Positions 25,172-35,614 are shown, counted from the first letter of the stretch. The stretch: DNA of 64,000 nucleotides from a virus (IMGVR_UViG_3300036951_000304), one strand, 5' to 3'. Notes: generated from the sequence alone by a model not told the origin. Numbers and translations: made by a program.

Positions 25172-26197
25172 TTGAATATGTTATCACTACAATTTGTGAG
25201 AGAATTTGTATTTCAGCATTTCCCCAAAGTAACCACATCCAAGAACGGAACCCATTTCCACGCGAGATGCGTGCTCTGCGGGGATTCAAAAATAAGCCCG
25301 AGTAAAAAGAGATTTCATCTTGACTATCATAATGGAGAGCCCGGCTACCATTGTTTCAATTGTGGGGCAAAGGGATCATTCGTCAAGTTGTATTCTATTA
25401 TTATGGGTATGTCCATCGCGGAAGCCAAGAAAGAGATATACAAATATGACCCCGAACAAATAAAGAAAGCCCTGACAGAAAAACCAAACGGTAATGGTAA
25501 TGGTAAGAAAGAATACCATATCAGGAGTATGGATAATATTCTGGATGAATGTATAGGTATTGATACAGAGGCGAGAGGAACAATTGAACCCCAATACCAA
25601 AAACTTCTCAAGAAATTCATAGAGGAAAGAAAGATACCGAAAAATTTCAAGATATTTGTGGCAACAAGTGGAAGATATAAGGGGAGAGCAATTATACCGA
25701 TTTACAAGGACGGACATATTGTTTATTTCCAAGGCCGGGCCCTTGTCAATATAGAGCCAAAATATCTCAACCCGATAGTGGAAAAGAGTGGTATCATTAT
25801 GAATGAGGAAAAGTTCCAGAGAGACAAATATGTTATCGTCACGGAAGGTCTGCTAGATGCTATGATGATTGGGGATCAGGGAACATCGGTTCTTGGCGCA
25901 GACATTGACGAATACTTCGTAAAGAAAGTTGGCTCTATGACAGATAAGGGCATCATTGTTGTTCTGGATAATGATGAAACGGGATATGAAAAACTTATGG
26001 GAAAGAAGAAAGGCGAGGGATTACTCAATCAGGATTATTCAAATCCCCTCAAATTTTTCATAATGCCAAAGAAATATTCCCATATAAAAGATTTGAACCA
26101 GCTTGTGTCCAAGACAAATATAAAAAATATATATCAGTTTGTTGTGGATAATAGTTATGATAAGTTTGCTTGTAAAGTAAAACTGGGGTTGAAATGA
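25172..26197 (+). CDS. DNA primase (zinc-finger + TOPRIM, T7/T4 gp61-like)
   Basis: CVLCGDS..(n)..CFNCGAKG zinc ribbon; TOPRIM-like VIVTEGLLDAMM and VVLDNDETG. Confidence 0.6.
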   Translation: MNMLSLQFVREFVFQHFPKVTTSKNGTHFHARCVLCGDSKISPSKKRFHLDYHNGEPGYHCFNCGAKGSFVKLYSIIMGMSIAEAKKEIYKYDPEQIKKALTEKPNGNGNGKKEYHIRSMDNILDECIGIDTEARGTIEPQYQKLLKKFIEERKIPKNFKIFVATSGRYKGRAIIPIYKDGHIVYFQGRALVNIEPKYLNPIVEKSGIIMNEEKFQRDKYVIVTEGLLDAMMIGDQGTSVLGADIDEYFVKKVGSMTDKGIIVVLDNDETGYEKLMGKKKGEGLLNQDYSNPLKFFIMPKKYSHIKDLNQLVSKTNIKNIYQFVVDNSYDKFACKVKLGLK

Positions 26198-27423
26198 GCC
26201 AGATAAAAACGGGGAGAAGTGAAAGCTACAGGGTAGAAATACATCCAGAATATGTAAAAAAGTTTTACAACCAGAAGTGGAAGGATTGGAATAAAAGCCA
26301 CAAGAGGAAAGGAGAATACTATTTCCTGACAAAATATACATCCCCATTGTTTGTAAGCGTGCTGGATTATGACGGTGAAACTATAACATTGGAAAATTGT
26401 GGGGAGCCTCTGGAACCTGAGAACAGAGAAATACCATTTACAGAAAATAAAGATATTGATTTATTTGAACTGGTAAAATGGTTATACGACCTGCGCTCCG
26501 AACTCAAAAGATTTAAAATAATTCACAGAGACATCAATCCGACCAATATCCTCTACAAAAAAGAAACCCAAAAGTTCAAATTAATAGATTTCAACTGGGC
26601 TGAAGAACTTCGAGAGCCTTCTGGCATTGTTCCGCCCCCCCAATTGAATACGGCCTTGGATAAACCCCGTGGCATCGAAGGCCCAAGTTATTATATAGAG
26701 GATGATAAGAGTATAAACAAGATGATGACATTGGCAATCCAAAAGATGATTGGGGATATTGCGTCAGAAGGATATAAGGATGGGAGTAGCGTAAACAGGG
26801 GATGGTTTTATCATCCAAGCCCCTTCGAAGAATTTTCCGAAATACCCGTTCACAAAACAACCGCGATAGATGAATATAAGGAAATAGTGTTCAATTCAAG
26901 CATTATTGACCTGAAAGGAAGTAATATTCTTGATATTGGTTCGTCTCAAGGATATTTTGCATTCAAATTGGCTGAAATTGCGAAGTCAATCATCGGTATC
27001 GAGGGTGATATTTTCACATATAGGGTAACAGAGGCGATAAGACTATTGAAAGATATACGAAATATATCTTTCCTGAATTATTATCTCGATGAGAACACAA
27101 TACCGAATGAAAATTTTGATATCACGATTTTTTTGAACACTCATATGTGGATTTACAAGCAAATCGGCCCAATCAGGACACAACATTTGATGAGGAAACT
27201 ATCAGAGAAAACCAAGAATATGTTCTTTCAGACATCAGGAATTGATGGAAACGCAATGTTCAATATAAGCGAGTTTAAAACATCGGATGATATTGGAAAA
27301 TACCTGCTTGCCTCAGGTTTCAAGAACATAAAACTTATCAGAACATCACATAAACACGGGGGAAACAGACATTTATTTTATGCAGAGGGGTCTAATTATA
27401 TAAATACACTTGGGAAGTTTTAA
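26194..27423 (+). CDS. protein-kinase-like domain fused to class I SAM-methyltransferase domain
   Basis: catalytic loop IIHRDINPTNILY and LIDFNWAEE (HRD..N / DFG-like); C-terminal ILDIGSSQGYFAFKLAE (MTase motif I). Confidence 0.5.
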   Translation: MSQIKTGRSESYRVEIHPEYVKKFYNQKWKDWNKSHKRKGEYYFLTKYTSPLFVSVLDYDGETITLENCGEPLEPENREIPFTENKDIDLFELVKWLYDLRSELKRFKIIHRDINPTNILYKKETQKFKLIDFNWAEELREPSGIVPPPQLNTALDKPRGIEGPSYYIEDDKSINKMMTLAIQKMIGDIASEGYKDGSSVNRGWFYHPSPFEEFSEIPVHKTTAIDEYKEIVFNSSIIDLKGSNILDIGSSQGYFAFKLAEIAKSIIGIEGDIFTYRVTEAIRLLKDIRNISFLNYYLDENTIPNENFDITIFLNTHMWIYKQIGPIRTQHLMRKLSEKTKNMFFQTSGIDGNAMFNISEFKTSDDIGKYLLASGFKNIKLIRTSHKHGGNRHLFYAEGSNYINTLGKF

Positions 27424-27441
27424 TTTTCGGAGGATAACAAT

Positions 27442-27897
27442 ATGAAACTAACAGCTGTGGGAACGGATTACATTACTATCAATGAGGAAAATCTGCGGGA
27501 TGAAAATATGTTGAAAATTCCTCGCGTCCACTTGATTGAACTCTCTTTCCAAGACCCCACAAGAGAAAAGATAGAAGCAGTATTGACGCTATATTCAAAG
27601 ACAAACAGATTTGTCATATCAGACAATATTAGAATATATAATGCCCTTCTCAAGGAAACAGCCAAAAAATATTATGTACAGAATACTGTGGGTCTGGGCC
27701 TTATATCCTTCTTTAGAAAGAACAACAAAGTTCTTCTGGATACTACAGCACTCACGGAACAGGAAAAATCTTTTGTATTTGATGTGATGTTACAGGACAT
27801 TTTGAGAAATATTGAGGTTATCAAACTCTCAAAAGGTGATTTCGAAAAATGTAAATCAAAACTTGAGCCGTGGGAAGGTAATGTTATTGTAATCTGA
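27442..27897 (+). CDS. hypothetical protein
   Basis: RBS ggaggataacaatATG. Confidence 0.5.
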   Translation: MKLTAVGTDYITINEENLRDENMLKIPRVHLIELSFQDPTREKIEAVLTLYSKTNRFVISDNIRIYNALLKETAKKYYVQNTVGLGLISFFRKNNKVLLDTTALTEQEKSFVFDVMLQDILRNIEVIKLSKGDFEKCKSKLEPWEGNVIVI

Positions 27898-28709
27898 TGG
27901 TAGTTTTAGCGTGTGGCCCCTTTATAGGAGATTGGGAACAGGAAATTCTCAACTTTCGTCCATTTGTTCAATGGGTATATAAATCTTTTAATCCCAAAGA
28001 TGTCTACCTTTCAACTCATTTCAATCGATCATTTCTTTATCAATGGATAGACAGCCGAAAAATTTTACCCATATACCAGCATCTGACGAGAAATGAACTA
28101 TCTCAGGAGGGAACATTACACAAAAATTTACCACCAAAGGACTACTCTCTGATAACCAAAATATTCAAGGAAGATGTTATTAGGATGGCAAATTCAAATA
28201 AGAGAGATATCGCCATCGTCAATCTACCATATACCAAAAATTCAGATTATCCCTTCTACAATAAATTTTTTTCGAAAATAGAAACACCGAATATTAAAAT
28301 TAAGCGTACATACCCAATACTTTATATTCCAGATGCCAAAGAAGATGAAGAAAGACTGGCGGGCATATACGGCTATCTGAAGAAAAAATATGACATTGGG
28401 GTAATTGGTGATTTAAAGACATATCTGGAAAGTGAAAATGTAGTTACAAGAAGAGTTGATTATTTTGAAAATGGGTATAAGTATATTCTAAAATATATAA
28501 TGGAGGCCCGAATAGTAATTTGCCCGGCCGGGCATTGGACATTGTTATGTAATCAGCAAAAAGTTCCGGTATTTTCGTGGGGAGAAAGCATCGGGAGATT
28601 TTCGAAATCGGGAATTTATAATCTCGGAAATGAGAAATGTTTTCTTCTCCCCACTACAGATGAAATCACACCAAAAGATATCTTCAATACCATCCAGCAA
28701 TTTGTCTAA
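27897..28709 (+). CDS. hypothetical protein
   Basis: 270-aa ORF ending convergently with minus-strand block. Confidence 0.45.
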   Translation: MVVLACGPFIGDWEQEILNFRPFVQWVYKSFNPKDVYLSTHFNRSFLYQWIDSRKILPIYQHLTRNELSQEGTLHKNLPPKDYSLITKIFKEDVIRMANSNKRDIAIVNLPYTKNSDYPFYNKFFSKIETPNIKIKRTYPILYIPDAKEDEERLAGIYGYLKKKYDIGVIGDLKTYLESENVVTRRVDYFENGYKYILKYIMEARIVICPAGHWTLLCNQQKVPVFSWGESIGRFSKSGIYNLGNEKCFLLPTTDEITPKDIFNTIQQFV

Positions 28710-29149
28710 AAGTTTTTAATTTTATTTTCTACCCACTTTCTTGTATATGGCGCAAGAATAATATCTTCTTTGTGTTCATCATACCAATCTTTTAGTTGGT
28801 GTCTATATCTTCCCTGTGCTTTCCCGGCCGCAACCCAATCACAGACCATTTCTACCATATATTTTCTTGGCATTTCCAGTATAACTTCCTTTGAACCGTT
28901 CTCCGGTATTACCCAATGTTGCCAATGGTGCGGATTGTGGTGTATATGATGAACCCACGCTTTATCAAATTCCACATCCTTTATCGGATCATCGTCCTTC
29001 GAATACCCATTACGGGAAACATATTTATATACATTTCTGTTCTCACCGCAAAAATGGTTCGCGTATGCTTGAAATTCAAGAGGGGAAAATTTAGAGAAAT
29101 CATGCATTATTCCTTCTATTATCATTCCCTCTTTGAAACATTCAATCAT
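28706..29149 (-). CDS. His-rich hypothetical protein
   Basis: HHIHHNPHHWQHW; start trimmed. Confidence 0.4.
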   Translation of the reverse strand: MIECFKEGMIIEGIMHDFSKFSPLEFQAYANHFCGENRNVYKYVSRNGYSKDDDPIKDVEFDKAWVHHIHHNPHHWQHWVIPENGSKEVILEMPRKYMVEMVCDWVAAGKAQGRYRHQLKDWYDEHKEDIILAPYTRKWVENKIKNF

Positions 29150-29462
29150 TACGAAGAATTTGTGTTTCAGAAGATATTTCAAATATCTCAAATATTTCAT
29201 TGTCAGTCCTCTTTTCCAAAAGTTCTACTAAAACATCGCCGTGACAGGATTTGGGCTTACAACAACAACCCAAAACCTTTCCTTCCAGCTCTCGTAAATC
29301 TTCCAATAAAGAAGGCTGAGACATAATCCATACTTTGTATTTTCTTATGCACTCAGCCCGGTTGCCGTCTTTACCGATTATGAACGGGTTGCCCCATTTT
29401 GAGGGCCTCATAATTTTCACATCATATTTCTCTTTCTTATAATGAACAACTTTTGTTTTCAT
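29142..29462 (-). CDS. DUF4326-like small protein
   Basis: SKWGNPF...GKVLGCCCKPKSCHGDVL pattern. Confidence 0.45.
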   Translation of the reverse strand: MKTKVVHYKKEKYDVKIMRPSKWGNPFIIGKDGNRAECIRKYKVWIMSQPSLLEDLRELEGKVLGCCCKPKSCHGDVLVELLEKRTDNEIFEIFEISSETQILRND

Positions 29463-29469
29463 ATACTAT

Positions 29470-29946
29470 TTATCTTTTTCTATAGTTTTTGGAGAGATTT
29501 AAAAACCCCCTTTCATTATAATAGCGATGTGACCGTGGGCATCGCGGGCAACGGCTGCCACGGAGCCAATTGTACATCGAAACCTCGAAAATATGACCAT
29601 TAGGACACATTAGCTTTGCTTTTGCGGTGCTTTTCTCCGGTTCCGCTAGAACCTTATACCCCCTTTTTTCCATATCTTTCCTTGCAATTGACCATTTCGA
29701 GGAGATTTCCCTGTGATTTCCACAAGTTGCACATCTGTGTCCGGCGAGCCAATTGTCAAATCTCATTTCCCTTTTATGTCCTTTCGGACATATTACAGTC
29801 AATTTCGTGCGACTATTGGTGTAACAATCGTCACAAAGAGTATAACCCTCTGTTTCTATTATGTTTTTCACCTCATCGTATGTATATTTCCCTCTTTTTG
29901 TTTTCCATTCACGACCTTTTATGACCTTATCGTATAAGGGATTCAT
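29470..29946 (-). CDS. Cys-rich protein with two internal repeats
   Basis: CPKGHKREMRFDNWLAGHRCATCGN and CPNGHIFEVSMYNWLRGSRCPRCP. Confidence 0.45.
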   Translation of the reverse strand: MNPLYDKVIKGREWKTKRGKYTYDEVKNIIETEGYTLCDDCYTNSRTKLTVICPKGHKREMRFDNWLAGHRCATCGNHREISSKWSIARKDMEKRGYKVLAEPEKSTAKAKLMCPNGHIFEVSMYNWLRGSRCPRCPRSHRYYNERGFLNLSKNYRKR

Positions 29947-30673
29947 AGGGCGGTTTGCTCCTGATATATCTCGATGTATTTCTCTGAATCTCTTTGTTTA
30001 TCTTTTCCACTTGTAACATATTATCGTCATTATAATTATACAACACTTCGTCAATAAAGTGAATTTTATCGGGTGAGGACATTTCCAACATAGGCATCAA
30101 AATCACTTGGTCATACGCATATTTTAAATAATTTCCTTCCCTGTCTTTCAAATCCTCATCTTTGAGATTGAACCAGAGAAAGGCCTTGAATGTTCTCATA
30201 TGACCAAAAGACCAGATATATTTCCTGAACAGTTTCTTTTCAAATACCTCTCTTGTATACTTAGGAATCCATGCAGAAGTTGTACCATTGGAATATCTGA
30301 ATAAACTGTAGGCCATCCAACAATTATGTTTACGATAAGCCTTTTCTACTTTATTGAGTACGGTATTATGGGCAAGAGAATCATCCAAATCAACAATAAC
30401 AATTACATCTTCTTCAGACTTTATATTTTCGGGGAGATATTGGAGGGCGTTCCTAATCCATTTTTGGTTTTCCTTGTTTCTGTAAACTACGGTTCTTGAA
30501 TCTTTATATTTCTCTATTTCATTATATGTTCCGTCTGTGGAAGCATCATCCACAATAATATGAACATAGTTCTTATAGAGCTGGCTCTGGATACTTTTCA
30601 TATGGCCAGAAACATATTTCTCCGCATTGTAACCACAGCTGATAATCACAAATCTCATATCAATCCCAATCAA
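29927..30673 (-). CDS. family 2 glycosyltransferase
   Basis: IISCGYNAEKYV..IIVDDASTDGT GT2 signature and DLDD. Confidence 0.6.
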   Translation of the reverse strand: MIGIDMRFVIISCGYNAEKYVSGHMKSIQSQLYKNYVHIIVDDASTDGTYNEIEKYKDSRTVVYRNKENQKWIRNALQYLPENIKSEEDVIVIVDLDDSLAHNTVLNKVEKAYRKHNCWMAYSLFRYSNGTTSAWIPKYTREVFEKKLFRKYIWSFGHMRTFKAFLWFNLKDEDLKDREGNYLKYAYDQVILMPMLEMSSPDKIHFIDEVLYNYNDDNMLQVEKINKEIQRNTSRYIRSKPPYESLIR

Positions 30674-31751
30674 TCTTTTTGATCTTCGTTATTTTTTCTG
30701 TGGTGGATGGCTCTTTCGACAAGACCAGCCGCCTTGTATCCTTGTCCTCTTCCATCCATTGCTTTCTAACCCTCTTCTTTTCTTTCTGGTGAGAAATCCT
30801 TTTTTTGAGGGAGATTTTTCTGAGATTATCTTTTATATTTTCAGGTGGTGAGACAGGGGTATTTATGAGCTCCTGCTCCCTTTTCTTATATTCTTCTATT
30901 TCGTTGGAAATTTTTTCTATATATGCCTTGCTGCTTTCTGTATCTTGAATCCTCTTCAGAAAGATTTCTTTATCGGCAATTCTGAGCCGGACACTTTTCA
31001 ATTCATTTTCTTTTTTCTGAATCTCGGTGATGTATATGTTTTCAGAATTCAGGAACTCCGCTTCCTGTCTGGATAATTCTTCTTCCTGTCTGGATAATTC
31101 CTCTTCAAGCCTCGAAATTTCCTCTCGGAGTTTCTCCAAATCAAGTATCCTGTTATTCCTTTCCTGTTCTCTCTGTTTTCTTCGCTCTTTTATCGTTGTC
31201 AATTTTTGCATAAGAGCATCTTTTTTCTTTTCCTCATCTCTTCTTCTATCTTCCTCTTCCAATTTGAAAAGCTCCACTAACTTTTTTTGATCTCTCAGGG
31301 GAGTGTAAAAACTTCCACGACCAATACTTCTGACCATTTCTTTCAAGATAGCCATATAATCTGAGTGTGGGGATATATCGCCAAATTGCCTCTTATATAA
31401 ACTTTTCTGAATAAGAAAACAGTCCGTAGGCCTCAATAAATTAATGTCACTTGTAAAATAAAAATCATCGAATTCTTCAAGGGGGGAGCGTATCAGAATA
31501 TTTTCTGTTTCACCGGCGAAGGATTTAAAAACCTCTATAAAATCATCCGTTATATCCGATACACTTGGGCTGATAAAAAGAATACAGCAATCAGGAGTAT
31601 TAATGTCTTTCCAGATAATTTCATCCAATTTTCTTGTGAAAAGCTTTGGAAAATCAACGGCAACAAGTCTATCTTTTTCACCAAGTTTCTTCTGTATCTT
31701 TTCTATAAGTGATTTATTTTGTCTGGTCGGTAAAATCACAACAAGGTTCAT
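30660..31751 (-). CDS. coiled-coil protein with tandem EEELSRQ repeats
   Basis: C-terminal half EK-rich with repeated EEELSRQEEELSRQEAE; DNA-level direct repeat at 31060-31110. Confidence 0.5.
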   Translation of the reverse strand: MNLVVILPTRQNKSLIEKIQKKLGEKDRLVAVDFPKLFTRKLDEIIWKDINTPDCCILFISPSVSDITDDFIEVFKSFAGETENILIRSPLEEFDDFYFTSDINLLRPTDCFLIQKSLYKRQFGDISPHSDYMAILKEMVRSIGRGSFYTPLRDQKKLVELFKLEEEDRRRDEEKKKDALMQKLTTIKERRKQREQERNNRILDLEKLREEISRLEEELSRQEEELSRQEAEFLNSENIYITEIQKKENELKSVRLRIADKEIFLKRIQDTESSKAYIEKISNEIEEYKKREQELINTPVSPPENIKDNLRKISLKKRISHQKEKKRVRKQWMEEDKDTRRLVLSKEPSTTEKITKIKKIDWD

Positions 31752-32062
31752 TTTTTACTCCCCGAAACAGGGAATATATTTCTCTTGGCCTGTTTGTCAT
31801 ATTCCCTGTACCTTTGTGTTCTAGCATATCCCTCATTACCCCACGATACAAGGTCTTTTTTGGGATCGTACAATAATTCAAATGTCATTTTGGTTGGCAT
31901 TACTTTTATCATAATACCACCACAATTACATTTGTGCTCCTCTTCGGATTTGGCTACACTCTCGTAGATCTCCACCCGTTTATTACATTTTTTACACTCA
32001 AAATCATATATCGGCATATAATTATTTATCTCCAAGTAAGCAATAAGCAACCTGATAATCAA
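31748..32062 (-). CDS. FmdB-family zinc-ribbon protein
   Basis: YDFECKKCNKRVEIYESV..HKCNCGG. Confidence 0.5.
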   Translation of the reverse strand: MIIRLLIAYLEINNYMPIYDFECKKCNKRVEIYESVAKSEEEHKCNCGGIMIKVMPTKMTFELLYDPKKDLVSWGNEGYARTQRYREYDKQAKRNIFPVSGSKK

Positions 32063-32492
32063 TTAATTTTTCAAGTTTATATTTGTAAGCAAGCAAAAAG
32101 GCCGCCTCTCTTCTCGCCGCCTCCCTGTTAGGTTCATATTTTAATTGTTCCCTGAATGCTTCAAGCTCAAATAATAGACGGAACCTATCAGAATTAAGAT
32201 ATAGGATTGGCATCAATCCAAGAGTAGACCAAAATTGTCTGATATGGACAAATTCGTGCTTGAGACTTGGAACATCGTATCTATCAGCGGGCCTGATATA
32301 AACCAGCATTCCCTTTGAATAGGAAAGGATATCCTTTGGTATGTTTTCCTTATAGACAATGACACAGGGCGGGTCAAAGTTTAATGTCATCTCTTTGTCG
32401 TAATCAAATAGAAGTGTAAGAGGATTAGTCAAAAAATAGCCTATGATCACACTCAATAATACAACACGAATTCGAATTTGATACCACTTCAT
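32022..32492 (-). CDS. membrane-anchored putative zinc metallopeptidase (HExxH)
   Basis: N-terminal TM helix, HEFVH motif. Confidence 0.4.
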   Translation of the reverse strand: MKWYQIRIRVVLLSVIIGYFLTNPLTLLFDYDKEMTLNFDPPCVIVYKENIPKDILSYSKGMLVYIRPADRYDVPSLKHEFVHIRQFWSTLGLMPILYLNSDRFRLLFELEAFREQLKYEPNREAARREAAFLLAYKYKLEKLIDYQVAYCLLGDK

Positions 32493-32508
32493 TAAATATC
32501 TCTCACTA

Positions 32509-32775
32509 TTATTCTGCGTCGCTCTGAAAAAATCTTCTCATTCTGAGGCGCCCTCGGCCACCACGACCAAGGCCTCTACCAGAAGTTCTAAACCTTCCGG
32601 GCCCAAGACCGAGGCCTCTGCGTAACCCTCTTCCACAAGGGCCAAGGCCAAGGCCAGGAGCATCATAATAAGCAAACCCCTCGCCGTTTTCTTCCTCTTC
32701 TTTTTTCTTCTCGGATTTTTCAAGTTTTCCTAATATTTTTTCCAAGAGCATCTCGATTTTTTCTAAATTAGCCAT
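32509..32775 (-). CDS. small protein with coiled-coil N-term and Gly/Arg-rich (RGG-like) tail
   Basis: GLGLGPCGRGLRRGLGLGPGRFRTSGRGLGRGGRGRLRMRRFF. Confidence 0.4.
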   Translation of the reverse strand: MANLEKIEMLLEKILGKLEKSEKKKEEEENGEGFAYYDAPGLGLGPCGRGLRRGLGLGPGRFRTSGRGLGRGGRGRLRMRRFFQSDAE

Positions 32776-32785
32776 TATACACCTC

Positions 32786-33463
32786 CTAATGTTCTACAAA
32801 TAATACTTGTGGTTGTGTCCAGCACAGCGTACAATCTATACCACATCTCACTTTATTTCCGGGCCTACAGGGGCAAATTGGAACACCGAGCTCCTGTGCC
32901 CTGATTTTTATTTCTTTTTCCGGCCCAAAATTAACTTTGCCGGCGATAATCGAACTTACAAGATTGAAATTTGGAAGTCTTTTTATTTCAGACCAATCCC
33001 AAAGATGTTCTGTTTTGGAGTATGTATAAAACATTACATCCGGTCTTTCTTTCGCAATTTCACACCACATATCCAGATATTCCTGACTGAAAAAGTCACC
33101 GCTTTCGTGGATCCTGACAACATCTCCCCTTTCAAGATGTTGAAGTATTCTCTTCTTCAGCAGCCCGGTATTCTCTTTAGCAAGCCTGAAGTTTCTCTCT
33201 CTGGATATACGAACCGTTGGGCGCCTCTGCGCCTTTTTAGCATAACATTTTTTATAACATTCTGCCATATTCGGGCAGGAACCACCGGCGGGAAGGTTGA
33301 AAGTTTTGATATTGTCAGCCAATTTCAAATTTCCTCTTTGCATAGCAATCCATAAATCCTCAATGGGTATTTCTTCCATAGGAACACCCCTGTACTTTTT
33401 GGCCATTTCTTTCGAGTATTTTTCCCCAGCGCTGACTTCTCTTATGTATTGTTGTAGTTTCAT
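32786..33463 (-). CDS. Cys-rich hypothetical protein
   Basis: GGSCPNMAECYKKCYAKK and C-terminal CPCRPGNKVRCGIDCTLC. Confidence 0.45.
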   Translation of the reverse strand: MKLQQYIREVSAGEKYSKEMAKKYRGVPMEEIPIEDLWIAMQRGNLKLADNIKTFNLPAGGSCPNMAECYKKCYAKKAQRRPTVRISRERNFRLAKENTGLLKKRILQHLERGDVVRIHESGDFFSQEYLDMWCEIAKERPDVMFYTYSKTEHLWDWSEIKRLPNFNLVSSIIAGKVNFGPEKEIKIRAQELGVPICPCRPGNKVRCGIDCTLCWTQPQVLFVEH

Positions 33464-33486
33464 ATCAACCTTCCCAAATATATTTA

Positions 33487-34398
33487 TTACTTTATTTTTG
33501 TTCTATATGCCTCTTCCCAATAATCTTCCAGCTCACCAACGTGTCTTGGCGAGAGATATTGATTGGAAATCAACCACAGCGCGAAATCAAGATACGATTT
33601 GTTTTTAAATCCCTTGGGGTGAGGTAAAGTTTTCAAAAATGATCTAAATTTTATATCCTGTAATACAGCCTCGATTGCATTTCTTTTTTGTCTCTCATAC
33701 ATTCCCATTATCAATTCTTTTGGAATGTTCTTATCATCATAATGGCCGGGGATACCCTTGTAGGGTTTTTGATCAACCGTGCCGGCCCATTTGGATCTTG
33801 GTTCCGGTTTGGAAACCAAAGGCCTTTTCGGTAGATGTTTCCATCCTTTTTTCTGTAGACCTTCGATGTATTTTGTGATCTTCATATTACCGGCAAGACC
33901 CGAATTTCGCCTCATCCATTCAATATAATCGAACATTGATTGTTCTCCCTTCCATCCGGGCCTTGGGATGGCATTGAGAACTTCCCGAAAATCTTCATTG
34001 TTGTCCAGAAATTCAAGGGCCAGCCTGACCCTCTCCTTCTGGGCATCCTTGACAACATTCCTCTTGTAATCTGTGACGGCTTTTTTGAGAATGTATTCTG
34101 ATTTTCGCTCTTCCGGTGTGGCACCCGTGCGGCTCTTTCGGTTGGCCTTCATTATACATTCGGAACCGACCTTGAATTTTTTTCCGTCAGCACTTTCAAG
34201 CCAGAATTGATAATAGATACCCGTGGAGCAATAGTCACAACTACCGCCGGGCTGAACAGGGGCGCCAGGACAAGCCACATAAACCTCTCTTTTCGCGTAG
34301 AGATATTTGTATGGATACTTCCCAAGTCCGGCCTGTTCAAAGGGATGGACTTCCAATTTTTCTTCATTCAGATAATGTTCAAATTTCATAGAATACAC
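33487..34398 (-). CDS. hypothetical protein
   Basis: 303-aa ORF. Confidence 0.5.
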   Translation of the reverse strand: MYSMKFEHYLNEEKLEVHPFEQAGLGKYPYKYLYAKREVYVACPGAPVQPGGSCDYCSTGIYYQFWLESADGKKFKVGSECIMKANRKSRTGATPEERKSEYILKKAVTDYKRNVVKDAQKERVRLALEFLDNNEDFREVLNAIPRPGWKGEQSMFDYIEWMRRNSGLAGNMKITKYIEGLQKKGWKHLPKRPLVSKPEPRSKWAGTVDQKPYKGIPGHYDDKNIPKELIMGMYERQKRNAIEAVLQDIKFRSFLKTLPHPKGFKNKSYLDFALWLISNQYLSPRHVGELEDYWEEAYRTKIK

Positions 34399-34421
34399 CC
34401 ATCTGATATATTTATGAAAAA

Positions 34422-34501
34422 TGGTGCCCCCGTGAGGATTCGAACCCCAACATTATCCTTGGTTCGTGGCCAAGTGCTCTATCCAGTTGAGCTACGGAGG
34501 C
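34422..34501 (-). tRNA. tRNA-Arg (anticodon ACG), 8-nt variable region
   Basis: tgg then acceptor, T-arm tgagg-attcgaa-cccca, D-arm UAGCUCAACUGGAUAGAGC, anticodon stem CUUGG/CCAAG loop CCACGAA. Confidence 0.55.
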
Positions 34502-35386
34502 TTATTCTACTTCAAAGAAGGCGGAAACAGGCTCTTCCTCTTCCTCGATTTCAATTTCTCCGTCCACAAATTTACCCGGCCTTCTACAGACGATGATATA
34601 TTCGTGGATTTTCGATGTGTATCTGTTTGCAGCCACCTTCCCCGCCTGTAGTGCTCCAAAGGGGCTGATATTCTTCACTACAATGATATCCCAAACAATA
34701 AATCCGATTTCCTTGAAAATTCGGAGTGAATCGGCGTGGAATATTCTGAAATCCTTTGCATCCCGCCAATCGGCACAGACCCAAACAAAAAATCTCCCCT
34801 CTTTCAAGACCCTCATTACATTCGAGCCACAATCATATATGGACATAAGAAAATCCGCATATGATTTGATGTCAGATAATTGACCCGGCACACTCTCGTA
34901 TCTTTCCAATGCGTGATAAGGTGGGCAAGTAAAAACCAAATCCGCGGATTTATCCGGTGTTTTTTTCAATCTGACCCCATCCTCATTATAGATGGTGGCT
35001 TTCGAATTGTGTTTTTCCAGATGGTCAACAACCTTTCTGTATGTCTCCGGTGATATTTCATATCCAAAATAATTCCGGCCCAGTTTACTTGAGACAAAAG
35101 CCCTTGTCGCCCTTCCACAAAATGGATCAACGATTGTATCACCTTTCAATGACCAATATTTTACAATCCACTCCGCCAATTCGGCGTGAAACTCCGAAAA
35201 TCCCAAATTGGGAAGATATTTACAGTCATCCGACCTTCTGAACTCCACATTTTCAAGGTAGGCGTGCTTCCATTTCATCTTACCTTTCTTTGTGGGTTCA
35301 AGCACAGACATAGGTGAGAAACCGAATTGGTCAGACACCTTCATATTCACATTGAACGGTAATACTTGTTTATATTTCTTCTTCAT
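34502..35386 (-). CDS. DNA amino-methyltransferase (N6-adenine or N4-cytosine)
   Basis: motif I DPFCGRATRAF and motif IV TCPPY. Confidence 0.6.
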   Translation of the reverse strand: MKKKYKQVLPFNVNMKVSDQFGFSPMSVLEPTKKGKMKWKHAYLENVEFRRSDDCKYLPNLGFSEFHAELAEWIVKYWSLKGDTIVDPFCGRATRAFVSSKLGRNYFGYEISPETYRKVVDHLEKHNSKATIYNEDGVRLKKTPDKSADLVFTCPPYHALERYESVPGQLSDIKSYADFLMSIYDCGSNVMRVLKEGRFFVWVCADWRDAKDFRIFHADSLRIFKEIGFIVWDIIVVKNISPFGALQAGKVAANRYTSKIHEYIIVCRRPGKFVDGEIEIEEEEEPVSAFFEVE

Positions 35387-35396
35387 AATCTTATAT

Positions 35397-35472
35397 TGGA
35401 GCCCCTGACAGGATTCGAACCCGCATAAGAGAGTTTAGGAAACTCTTGCCTCATCCATTAGGCTACAGGGGC
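35397..35472 (-). tRNA. tRNA-Arg (anticodon CCU)
   Basis: CCA encoded, acceptor gcccctg/caggggc, T-arm acagg-attcgaa-cccgc, anticodon stem AGAGU/ACUCU loop UUCCUAA. Confidence 0.7.
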
Positions 35473-35480
35473 ATATTTTC

Positions 35481-35556
35481 TGGCACCCCCAAGAGGATTC
35501 GAACCTCTATAAGACTGCTTAGAAGGCAGTTGCCTGATCCATTAGGCTATGGGGGT
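35481..35556 (-). tRNA. tRNA-Arg (anticodon UCU)
   Basis: CCA encoded, acceptor accccca/tgggggt, anticodon stem ACUGC/GCAGU loop CUUCUAA. Confidence 0.7.
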
Positions 35557-35614
35557 AAAATAAAAAAAGGGGAACCTCACGGCTCCCCTCTTTTCGGTTT
35601 TTTGCCGTGTTCAA

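Noticed and set aside
31027-31290. Plus-strand ORF inside the coiled-coil gene
   Set aside because: It is antisense to the repeat-containing gene, with a Ser/Leu low-complexity translation.
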